From: Tepidiformaceae bacterium
Lineage (GTDB): Bacteria; Chloroflexota; Dehalococcoidia; Tepidiformales; Tepidiformaceae
Assembly: GCA_965115905.1 (NCBI GenBank)
Contig: OZ220489.1
Location: forward strand, 136,584 to 200,583
Length of the DNA stretch: 64,000 nucleotides
Direction of reading: 5' to 3'
The position numbers and the translations under genes were made by a program. Shown one piece after another: positions 33,795-41,960 of the stretch. Numbering within the stretch: the first letter of the stretch is position 1; every line of letters starts with the position of its first letter. The notes beneath the pieces are model-generated. The model saw nothing but the letters and a program-made list of their open reading frames with translations, searched no databases and was not told the DNA's origin.

Positions 33795-35102
33795 ATGGCG
33801 CCTACAGAGGAAGCGCCTGGGACGGGCGGATGGGTGGGCGTCGACCGCGCGGGGATCGTCAGTCTTGCGGCGCTGGCGGCCACGCTCCTGCTCGCGATCG
33901 CGCTCGGCTTCACGCTAGCGTGCGGGAGTGAGGAACAGGACTCGCTCGAGGATCGCTGGGCGCTGCTGGGCGTGCCGGAAGCGGAGTTCGTGTTCATCGG
34001 AGACCTCACGCCCGACGAGCAGGCGTCGATCAGGCGGGAACTGAAGGTCGCGCAGACGCTGTTCGCCGATCACTTCGGGGCCGTGACCTCGGACTTCGTC
34101 GCCTATGTGAGCACGGATCTGGAGGCGCTCAACGAGCGGCTGGCGGCGGATAAGGGCGAGGACGTCCAGAGCGGGATCCCGTGCGGGGGCATGGCGCTGG
34201 ACGAGTACGCGCTTGTCCTGTCTCTTGATGGGTGCACGGAGGCCAAGCGAGCGCAGGGGGGACCGCTGGCGCACGAGTATTTCCACATCCTCCAGATGAA
34301 AGCCGGCCTCGACACACACAAACTGGAAGGAACCGACCTGCAGCCCTGGTTTCCCTGGCTGGTGGAGGGGCCGGCGGTCTACGCCGAAGGCCTCGCCGAT
34401 GTGGCGCAGGGACGGGTGACCACGGCCGCCTACCGTCAGGCGATGCGACTCCGCGTCTCGTCATCCGTGCGCGAGCCGCTCCCGCGCAATCTCTCTCTTG
34501 CTTCGGCCGACTACGCTGCATACGCCTACCATGCCGGCTTTCTGGCGACGGAGTGGCTCGTGGAACGCGCGGGGCCGGAGACGCTCCTGGAGTTCTTCCG
34601 TCTCGGCAGACCACAGGAGGCGGCGTTCGAGGCGGCCTTTGGCATGACCCTGGACGAGTTCCATGATTCGTTCGAAGAGCATCGTCTGGAGGTCGCCCCA
34701 CCCTTCGAGTGGGAGGTCGCGGGCATGGTCGTTGACCCCGACGGGCAGCCGATCCCTGAGTTGCTCCTGGTCACTGTCGTGCGGATCAAAGGGACGCCGT
34801 GGGTTGTAGGGGGGATCGCGACAGATCCGAAAGGGAACTTTGCGCTCACAGCCCCGGGAAGCGGCTACACGATCGCGATCACCTTGCACTGCCTTCGTGA
34901 AGACGGCGCTTACGAAGAGCATTTCGTGGGTGAGTGGGGCGCAGACGGGTTCGTCGCCAACAACGACGGACAGAGGGAACCATCCAAACAGGGGGCGGCG
35001 CCATTCCGTGACGGGGAGCGGGATCGCACGGACCTTGTCATCGAGCTTCCGGAGACGCACGCGGCGCTGAGCGCAAAGCACTGCCCCGACGAAGACGGCT
35101 AG
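33795..35102 (+). CDS. Membrane-anchored putative zinc metallopeptidase (HExxH), copy 2
   Basis: Same length (435 aa) and architecture as copy 1. 'GGPLAHEYFHILQ' is conserved. Confidence 0.7.
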   Translation: MAPTEEAPGTGGWVGVDRAGIVSLAALAATLLLAIALGFTLACGSEEQDSLEDRWALLGVPEAEFVFIGDLTPDEQASIRRELKVAQTLFADHFGAVTSDFVAYVSTDLEALNERLAADKGEDVQSGIPCGGMALDEYALVLSLDGCTEAKRAQGGPLAHEYFHILQMKAGLDTHKLEGTDLQPWFPWLVEGPAVYAEGLADVAQGRVTTAAYRQAMRLRVSSSVREPLPRNLSLASADYAAYAYHAGFLATEWLVERAGPETLLEFFRLGRPQEAAFEAAFGMTLDEFHDSFEEHRLEVAPPFEWEVAGMVVDPDGQPIPELLLVTVVRIKGTPWVVGGIATDPKGNFALTAPGSGYTIAITLHCLREDGAYEEHFVGEWGADGFVANNDGQREPSKQGAAPFRDGERDRTDLVIELPETHAALSAKHCPDEDG

Positions 35103-35162
35103 CGGGATAGCGCCCGCGTCATCCTGCCGCCGCCTTCCTACAATAGGCGCGGAGGAGACACG

Positions 35163-35825
35163 ATGACTGACAGCGGGCTTCTTGATGACGAACTGAAGAC
35201 GGTACGGGACGGGTTCGCGGCGCGCATGCCGCAACTGATCGAGACGGTCGAGGCTGCAATCGAGGAGATCGAGGCGGCGACCATCGGGCGGGCGCTCGAC
35301 GTGGGAGCGCGGGCGCCGGACTTCCGCCTGCGGGACGTCACGCACGAACGGGAGGCGAGCCTGTCGGAGGCGCTGGCGCAGGGGCCAGCGGTCGTTTCGT
35401 TCTATCGGGGTGAGTGGTGACCGTTCTGCAATATTGAGCTGCAGGGTCTGCAGCGACGGTACTGCGAGCTCCGCGACCTTGGGGCGACGCTCTTCTTCAT
35501 CGGCCCCGAGCGGGAGGAGAGCGCGCGCACGCTGCTCGGCAAGGTCGGGACGGACATCCCCGTGCTGAACGACCGCGAGGGCGCGGTGATGGACGCGTAC
35601 GGCGTCAGCTTCGACCTTCCTGAACGGCTGCGGCCGGCCTATCGGGGACTGGGTTTCCCCGACCGCAATCCGGAGACGGGGTGGCGGCTGCCGGTACCGG
35701 CGACGTTCGTGATCGACCGGGGCGGCGTGATCCGCTCACGGCACTGCCTGGCGGACTATCGCTACCGGATGGAGCCGCGCGACGTCGTAGCGGCGGTCAC
35801 GGCGCTGGCGACGGGGGAGGGCTAG
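35163..35825 (+). CDS. Peroxiredoxin-like (AhpC/TSA, PRX_like2-type) protein with in-frame TGA at the redox Cys; candidate selenoprotein (UxxC)
   Basis: Track ORFs 35163-35420 and 35562-35825 share one frame interrupted only by TGA 35418-35420. Read-through gives 'VVSFYRGEW-U-PFCNIELQGL...', where the family has WCPxC. Family-like sequence continues between the two ORFs. A hairpin lies 17 nt downstream. Confidence 0.6.
35438..35454 (+). promoter_or_regulatory. Candidate bacterial SECIS apical hairpin
   Basis: GCUGCAG-GGU-CUGCAGC (7-bp stem). It starts 17 nt after the UGA. The core UGCAGGGUCUGCA resembles the E. coli fdhF SECIS apex UGCAGGUCUGCA as I recall it. Confidence 0.5.
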
Positions 35826-35832
35826 TGCGGGC

Positions 35833-36654
35833 ATGCGGCGGTTCGCCAGGCGCCTAACGGGCTCGAACGGCTTTGAGTACTTCATCGTCGCGCTGATCAT
35901 CGGGAACGGGGCGCTCCTGGGGCTGGAGACGGTTCAGGGGATTGCGGATGGGTACCAAGCATGGCTGAACGCCGGCTACCGGCTGACGCTGGGGGTCTTC
36001 ATCGCGGAGGCGGCGCTGAAACTGTTTGCGCTCGCGCCGCGCCCGGACCGCTACTTTCGCGATCCCTGGAACGTGTTCGACTTCTCGATCATCGCGCTGT
36101 CGCTGATTCCGGCGGTGGGGCCGTTCGCGGTGGTGGCGCGGATGGCGCGGCTGATGCGCCTCCTGCGGCTGGTTTCGGCGATCCCGGAGCTGCGGCTCAT
36201 CGTCACCACGCTGGTGCGCTCGATTCCGGGGATGCTGCACATCGTGGCGGTGATGAGCGTGCTGGCCTACATCTACGCGATCATCGGATTCCAGCTCTTC
36301 CACGAGCACGATCCGGAGCACTGGCGGAATCTCGGCGTCTCGCTGCTCTCGTTGTTCCGGATCGTCACGCTGGAGGACTGGACGGACATCATGTACGTGG
36401 CGATGGACCTGCACCCGCTGGCCTGGATCTACTTCCTGAGCTTTGTGGTCCTGGGGGCGTTCGTGACGATCAACCTGTTCATCGCGGTCGTCATCAACAA
36501 TCTGGATGAGGCGAAGCAGGAACGCCTGCGGCATCTGCAGGATACGGCGGGGGGCTCACGCGAGGAGTTGATCGCCGAGTTGCGGGCGGCGCGGGAGGCC
36601 CTGGGGAAGCTGGAACAACGGCTCAGCCAGAGCGGGGAGGGGAGGAGCCCCTGA
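35833..36654 (+). CDS. Bacterial voltage-gated cation channel (NaChBac/BacNaV family)
   Basis: 273 aa and 6-TM. S4 is 'RMARLMRLLRLV' (Arg every third residue). The pore is 'LFRIVTLEDWTDIMY'. There is a C-terminal coiled-coil-like tail. Confidence 0.85.
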   Translation: MRRFARRLTGSNGFEYFIVALIIGNGALLGLETVQGIADGYQAWLNAGYRLTLGVFIAEAALKLFALAPRPDRYFRDPWNVFDFSIIALSLIPAVGPFAVVARMARLMRLLRLVSAIPELRLIVTTLVRSIPGMLHIVAVMSVLAYIYAIIGFQLFHEHDPEHWRNLGVSLLSLFRIVTLEDWTDIMYVAMDLHPLAWIYFLSFVVLGAFVTINLFIAVVINNLDEAKQERLRHLQDTAGGSREELIAELRAAREALGKLEQRLSQSGEGRSP

Positions 36655-36715
36655 GGCGCGGGCGAGGTCTGCGGCGGGCGGTGGGCGCGGGTATGCTGTC
36701 GCCGCCGGGGGACGT

Positions 36716-37951
36716 ATGCCGCAAGCGCTCGCACACCTGCGCATCTGCGACTTCACGGGGCAACTGGCGGGGGCGGGCGCGACCCGCTTCCTGGCGGCCT
36801 TCGGGGCGCAGGTCATCCGCATCGAGGATCCGGTCACTGAGGGGCGCTGGGACATCCTGCGGGGGATGCCGCCCTACGTGGATGAACGGCGGGGGATTGA
36901 CCTTGGCGGCGCCTTCAACAACCACAATGTCGAGAAGCTGGGGGTCACGCTGAACCTGCGCACGGAGCGCGGGAAGGAGTTGCTGCGGGAGCTGGTGGCG
37001 ATCTCGGACGTGGTGGCGGAGAACTTCTCGGCGGGCGTGCTGGAGCGCTGGGGGTTCGGCTACGAGGAGCTGAAGGCGATCCGCGACGACATCATCTACG
37101 TTTCGAACTGCGGGTTTGGACACGACGGCCCCTATCGCGACTTCAAGACGTGGGGGCCGGTCGTACAGGCGGTCTCGGGGCTGACGTTCAGTTCGGGGCT
37201 GCCGGATCAGCCGCCAGCGGGCTGGGGCTACTCGTACATGGATCACACGGGCGCGTACTACATGGCGATCGCGATCCTGATGGCGTTGCGCCACCGGAAG
37301 CGCACGGGCGAGGGGCAGTGGGTGGACATCGGGTGCACGGAGGCGGCGGCGAGCCTGACCGGTCCGGCGGTGCTGGACTACACCGTGAACGGGCGTCCGC
37401 TGCGGCGGCCGGGGGGCCCGCACAGCAACCGCAGCCAGCATCCCGCGATGGCGCCGCACGGCATCTACGCCGCGCGGGAGGAGGATACGTGGGTGGCCAT
37501 CGCGTGTCGCGATAACCGTGACTGGGCGGCGTTCGGGGAGGCGACGGGGGAGGCGTGGGCGCGCGAGGAGCGCTTTGCGGACCTGCAGGGGCGGCTGGCG
37601 GAGGAGGACGCGCTCGACAGCCTGCTGACGGGGTGGACGCGGGCGCGGGGGAACTTCGAGACGGCGGCGCTGCTACAAGGGGCGGGGATACCGGCGACGG
37701 CTGTGCAGCGTCCGCAGGAACGCGTCGACGCTGACCCGAACACGGAGGCGTGGGGGCTGTGGCCAACGGTGCGGCATCGCAAGATGGGAGCGGTGCGGGT
37801 CGATGGGTTGCCAGTGCGCTTCTCGAAGACGGACTGGCGCCTCGAACGGGGCGGACCGTGTCTGGGGGAGCACAACGAGGCGGTGTTCGGCGGGCTGCTG
37901 GGGCTGAGTTCCGGGGAGATCCGCGCGCTGACGGAGCAGGGGGTGTTGTGA
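36716..37951 (+). CDS. Family III CoA-transferase (CaiB/BaiF type)
   Basis: 'LAHLRICDFTGQLAGAGATRFLAAFGAQVIRIEDP', 'DVVAENF', and 'GYSYMDHTGAYY'. Confidence 0.85.
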   Translation: MPQALAHLRICDFTGQLAGAGATRFLAAFGAQVIRIEDPVTEGRWDILRGMPPYVDERRGIDLGGAFNNHNVEKLGVTLNLRTERGKELLRELVAISDVVAENFSAGVLERWGFGYEELKAIRDDIIYVSNCGFGHDGPYRDFKTWGPVVQAVSGLTFSSGLPDQPPAGWGYSYMDHTGAYYMAIAILMALRHRKRTGEGQWVDIGCTEAAASLTGPAVLDYTVNGRPLRRPGGPHSNRSQHPAMAPHGIYAAREEDTWVAIACRDNRDWAAFGEATGEAWAREERFADLQGRLAEEDALDSLLTGWTRARGNFETAALLQGAGIPATAVQRPQERVDADPNTEAWGLWPTVRHRKMGAVRVDGLPVRFSKTDWRLERGGPCLGEHNEAVFGGLLGLSSGEIRALTEQGVL

Positions 37952-39180
37952 TGGTCGCGGGGGCGCTGGAGGGGCTGCGCGTGGTCGAGTTGTGCGATGA
38001 GCTGGGGATGTTCGCGGGCAAGCTGCTGGCGGACATGGGCGCGGACGTCGTCAAGGTGGAGCCGCCGGAGGGCGATCCGACGAGGGGGCACCCGCCCTTC
38101 GTGGATGACGAGCCCGGGCCGGAGCGCAGCCTCTACTTCTGGCACTACAACACGAGCAAGTCAGGAGTCACGCTTGACCCGGAGAGGGAGGCGGATCGGG
38201 AGCGGTTGCGGGCGCTCATCGACAGGGCGGACATCCTGCTACAGAGCGGGGAGGCGGGGGCGGACCTCGACTACGAACGGCTGCGGGAGACGAACGCGGG
38301 GCTGATCATGGTCACGATCAGCCCATTCGGGCGAGGAATGCCGCGCGAGGGGGAGGCGGCGACGGACCTGACGATCCTGGCGGGGGGCGGGCCAGTCTGG
38401 AACTGCGGGTACGACGACCACGCGCTGCCGCCGGTGCGGGGCGGCGGGAACCAGGGCTACCACACCGCAAGCCATTTCGCGGTGATGTCAGCGCTGGTGG
38501 CGCTGCTCTACCGGGACGAGACGGGGCGGGGACAGCGCATCGATGTGAACGCGCACGCGGCGGCGAACGTGACGACGGAGGCGGGCAGCTACACATGGCT
38601 GGTCGCGCAGGAGACGGTGCAGCGCCAGACGGGACGTCATGCGGCGGTGAACCCCTCGATGCCGTCGCAGGTGCTGTGCGCGGACGGCCGTTACGTCAAC
38701 ACCGGCCTCCCGCCACGGCGGCCGGAGGCGTTCGCGGCGGTCTGCGAATGGCTGCGGGCGGCGGGGCTGGCGGAAGGGTTCGTGGAGTTTCCGCTGCTGG
38801 AGGAGGGGATGCGGCGGGAGCGCTTCGATATGTCGAGGCTGCAGCAGGATGAGGAGCTGCTGGCGATATTCGGGGCGGGGCGCGCGGCCATGAACCTGCT
38901 GGCCTCGCGGTTGACGGCGTACGAGTTCTTCACGGAGGGACAGCGGCGGGGGTTTCAGATCGGGATCATCTACGCACCCGAGGAGGCGCTGGAGGACCCG
39001 CACTTCATCGCGCGCGGGTTCCCGGTGGAGGTGGAGCACCCGGAGCTGGAGCGAACGGTGACGTATCCGGGGGCGCCGTACCAGTTCGGGGCGTCGCCGT
39101 GGCGGATCCGGCGGCGCGCGCCGCTGCTGGGCGAGGACAACGCACGCGTATTCGCGGAACTGGCGGAGGATACGGAGTAA
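37951..39180 (+). CDS. Family III CoA-transferase (CaiB/BaiF type)
   Basis: ATG 37951 overlaps the upstream TGA. 'LEGLRVVELCDELGMFAGKLLADMGADVVKVEPP'. Confidence 0.85.
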   Translation: MVAGALEGLRVVELCDELGMFAGKLLADMGADVVKVEPPEGDPTRGHPPFVDDEPGPERSLYFWHYNTSKSGVTLDPEREADRERLRALIDRADILLQSGEAGADLDYERLRETNAGLIMVTISPFGRGMPREGEAATDLTILAGGGPVWNCGYDDHALPPVRGGGNQGYHTASHFAVMSALVALLYRDETGRGQRIDVNAHAAANVTTEAGSYTWLVAQETVQRQTGRHAAVNPSMPSQVLCADGRYVNTGLPPRRPEAFAAVCEWLRAAGLAEGFVEFPLLEEGMRRERFDMSRLQQDEELLAIFGAGRAAMNLLASRLTAYEFFTEGQRRGFQIGIIYAPEEALEDPHFIARGFPVEVEHPELERTVTYPGAPYQFGASPWRIRRRAPLLGEDNARVFAELAEDTE

Positions 39181-39189
39181 CTGGGACCG

Positions 39190-40623
39190 TCAGGGGAGGC
39201 GATCAGGGGCGCCGCTGGCCACGGACTCCTTCGTGACATCGTCGGGGAGCCAGTAGCGGCGGAAGGCCAGGTAGCCGGCGAGGGTCATGAAACCCGCGAC
39301 GACGCCGACGAGGCGGATGCCGAGGGTGTTGTCCTCGGTGGAGCCGATGATCAGCAGCGCGCCAAGGAGACCAGAGGCGGCCGCGCCCGCGATCTTCTCG
39401 AGGGTCTGTTGCGTGGCGTAAAAGGTCGCCTCGCGGCGCAGACCGGTACGGACGGCGTCATAGTCGGTAATGTCCGCGATGAGGGCGTTCGGGAACGTCT
39501 GCACCGGGGCCAGGGGAAGCCCCACGAAGAGGGCGTAGACAATGGCCTGGGCAAGCGGCGGGATGCCGGGGATGAACCCCGCGATGGAGAACAGGGGGAA
39601 GTAGACGGCGGCGAAGAGCATGCCCCAGCGGTACACCTGCCGCTTCGAGCGGCGCCGCGCGAAGTAGACCACGGCGGGGAGGGCGAGGAGCAGCACCCCG
39701 ATAGCGGAGCCGGTCAGGAGGCTGACGGTGGCGCGGTCGTCGCGGCCGAGGACCGCGTCGGCGTAAAAGGGGAGGGCGCCGGTGATCATCAGCACCGCCC
39801 CGCTGTAGAGGACGTAGGAGGGGAGGAAGACGAGAAATTGGTCATTCCCCAGGGAGGCGCGGACAGCCTTGACGGCGGAGCGCAGGGAGAAGGGTTCGGG
39901 AGCGCTCGCGGCCTGCATCGCCCTGGAAACCTCGACCGAGCGTCTCCACGCGCCGGAGAGCGCGACGTAGCGCGAGACAAGCGCAATCACGGCCACGAGG
40001 AGCGCCATTCGGGTGAAGCCGATCCAGTCGATAAGGGGGCCGCTGAGCACGAGGGCGATGACCGTCCCGAGCACGCCGAACAGCACCTGCCAGGAGACGA
40101 TGTTGAGGCGGTCATCGGAGCGACGGGCGATCTCCGGGAGGAGGGATTCGAAGGGCCCGCCGGAGAGCGTGGAGAAGAGGTTGAACACCCAGAACATGAC
40201 GAACAGGAAGATGACGTTGCGGAAGGACTCGCCGGGGTCGGGGGGAATCCAGAGCAGCACGAAGAAGATGGCCATGAAGGGAGTCGCCGCCAGCACGAAG
40301 GGGATGCGCCGTCCGAGGCGGGAGCGGGTCGTGTCGCTCCAGTAGCCGATGAGGGGATCGTCGAAGGCTTCGATCAGGCGCCCGACGACGATGACGGCGG
40401 TGATGGCCCAGGCGGCGCCGCGGCGCTCCGGATCGCCGTCTTCATCGCCGAGATAGAAGAAGATGAGCCAGAGGTCGCGGGTACGGCCGAGGGCGTTCCC
40501 GCCGAGCGAGCCGGAGGCGTAGATGAAACGGGAGGCGGGCGACAGACGTCCGGCCGGACTGGCCGTCCGGGGATGCGAGGAACCGCGTAGCCGGTTCAGC
40601 AGCCGGTTCGGGTAGGGAGTCAT
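39190..40623 (-). CDS. MFS transporter, GPH (glycoside-pentoside-hexuronide:cation symporter)-like
   Basis: 'FDDPLIGYWSDTTRSRLGRRIPF' matches the GPH signature loop. The profile is multi-pass hydrophobic. Confidence 0.8.
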   Translation of the reverse strand: MTPYPNRLLNRLRGSSHPRTASPAGRLSPASRFIYASGSLGGNALGRTRDLWLIFFYLGDEDGDPERRGAAWAITAVIVVGRLIEAFDDPLIGYWSDTTRSRLGRRIPFVLAATPFMAIFFVLLWIPPDPGESFRNVIFLFVMFWVFNLFSTLSGGPFESLLPEIARRSDDRLNIVSWQVLFGVLGTVIALVLSGPLIDWIGFTRMALLVAVIALVSRYVALSGAWRRSVEVSRAMQAASAPEPFSLRSAVKAVRASLGNDQFLVFLPSYVLYSGAVLMITGALPFYADAVLGRDDRATVSLLTGSAIGVLLLALPAVVYFARRRSKRQVYRWGMLFAAVYFPLFSIAGFIPGIPPLAQAIVYALFVGLPLAPVQTFPNALIADITDYDAVRTGLRREATFYATQQTLEKIAGAAASGLLGALLIIGSTEDNTLGIRLVGVVAGFMTLAGYLAFRRYWLPDDVTKESVASGAPDRLP

Positions 40624-40646
40624 AGCCTCGGGCGGAGGCTACGCCG

Positions 40647-41855
40647 TCAGGGGAGCGCCAGCATCCGTTCGAGGGCGACCAGCGACCACTCGCGCGTCTC
40701 ATCGTCCACCTGCACGCGGTTGATGACGCGTCCCTGGAGAAGCCCTTCGAGGGTCCAGCAGAGGTAGGCGGGGTGGATGCGGTACATCGTGCTGCAGGGG
40801 CAGACGACGGGGTCGAGGCAGAAGACGGTCTTGTCGGGGTTCTCATCGTTGAGGCGCTTGACGAGATTGATCTCGGTGCCAACCGCCCAGGCGGAGCCAG
40901 CGGGGGCGGCGCTGACGGTCTTGATGATGCGCTCCGTGGAGCCGCTGGCGCCGGCGGCCTGCACGACCTCTCGGGAGCATTCGGGGTGCACGATGACGTT
41001 CACGCCGGGGCGCTCGGCGCGGGCTTTCTCGATCTGCTCGACGGAGAAGCGCTGATGGGTGCTGCAGTGCCCCTTCCAGAGGATGACGCGGGCGCGTTCA
41101 AGCTGTTCGGGGGTGAGGCCGCCGAGGGGCTGGCGCCAGTCCCAGACAACCATCTCTTCGAGGGGGACGCCCATCTCGTAGCCGGTGTTGCGGCCAAGGT
41201 GCTGGTCGGGGAAGAAGAGGATCTTCTCGCCGCGCTCGAAGGCGTACTCGAAGGTCTTGGGGGCGTTGCTGGAGGTGCAGACGATGCCCTTGCGCTTGCC
41301 GACGAAGGCCTTGAGGCTGGCGGCGCTGTTCATGTAGGTGATGGGGATGACGCGGGCGGCGGGGAGGGCGGCGGTCATCTCGTCCCAGGCGCCGTAGACA
41401 TCGCCAGGGTCGGCCATGTCGGCCATGGAGCAGCCTGCGGCCATGTTGGGGAGGATGACGGAGACCTCGGGGGGCGTGAGGATGTCGGCGGATTCGGCCA
41501 TGAAGTGGACGCCGCAGAAGAGGACGAACTCGGCGTCCTTCTGGCTGGCGGCGTGCTGGGCGAGCTTGAAGCTGTCGCCGGTGAAGTCGGCGTACTGGAT
41601 GACCTCATCGCGCTGGTAGTGGTGGCCGAGGACGACGAGGCGCTCGCCGAGCGCGGCGCGGGCGGCGCGGATGCGCTGGTCAACCTCCGCGGGGGGGAGG
41701 CTGAGGTAGCCGCGGGGGATCTCCTGCTGCCAGCTGACGAAGGCGGGCTCCTCGACGAGGGGGATGGGGTCGAGGCTGTCCGTGGGGCAGGTATCGGGGT
41801 CCGAGTAGCGTTCGAGCAGGGCCGCGCGATCGGAGGAGGGAGCGGAAGCGGTCAT
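40647..41855 (-). CDS. nadA: Quinolinate synthase
   Basis: 'VVLGHHYQRDEVIQYADFTGDSFKLAQ', 'FCGVHFMAESADIL', 'AGCSMADM', and 'HPECSREV'. Confidence 0.9.
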   Translation of the reverse strand: MTASAPSSDRAALLERYSDPDTCPTDSLDPIPLVEEPAFVSWQQEIPRGYLSLPPAEVDQRIRAARAALGERLVVLGHHYQRDEVIQYADFTGDSFKLAQHAASQKDAEFVLFCGVHFMAESADILTPPEVSVILPNMAAGCSMADMADPGDVYGAWDEMTAALPAARVIPITYMNSAASLKAFVGKRKGIVCTSSNAPKTFEYAFERGEKILFFPDQHLGRNTGYEMGVPLEEMVVWDWRQPLGGLTPEQLERARVILWKGHCSTHQRFSVEQIEKARAERPGVNVIVHPECSREVVQAAGASGSTERIIKTVSAAPAGSAWAVGTEINLVKRLNDENPDKTVFCLDPVVCPCSTMYRIHPAYLCWTLEGLLQGRVINRVQVDDETREWSLVALERMLALP

Positions 41856-41886
41856 CGGACAATCCTCCCAGGGGATGAAGGGACGG

Positions 41887-41911
41887 ACTTAGTGTCTCAA
41901 GTACACTAAGT
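41887..41911. promoter_or_regulatory. Palindrome ACTTAGTGT-N7-ACACTAAGT upstream of nadA (candidate operator)
   Basis: Exact 9-bp inverted arms, 32-56 nt upstream of the nadA start, in an otherwise non-palindromic AT-richer intergenic region. Confidence 0.4.
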
Positions 41912-41960
41912 AGTCGGTTCACTTTGCCACACACGGCGAGGATCGTCAACGGCGGGGCGC

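Larger units (their letters stand above)
32289..35102 (+). repeat. Tandem duplication, two ~1.4-kb units each carrying a 435-aa gene plus its ~100-bp upstream region
   Basis: Units start with cacgccgtcacgg at 32289 and 33703. The gene starts are offset by 1405 nt, and protein and upstream sequences align along the full length with scattered substitutions. Confidence 0.85.

Noticed and set aside
35163-35825. Interpreting the Prx-like locus as a nonsense-mutated pseudogene or as two separate small genes
   Set aside because: There is only one stop, and it sits exactly at the active-site Cys column. Family-like sequence is intact on both sides, and a SECIS-like hairpin sits at the right distance. 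A pseudogene cannot be fully excluded without checking for the sel genes.
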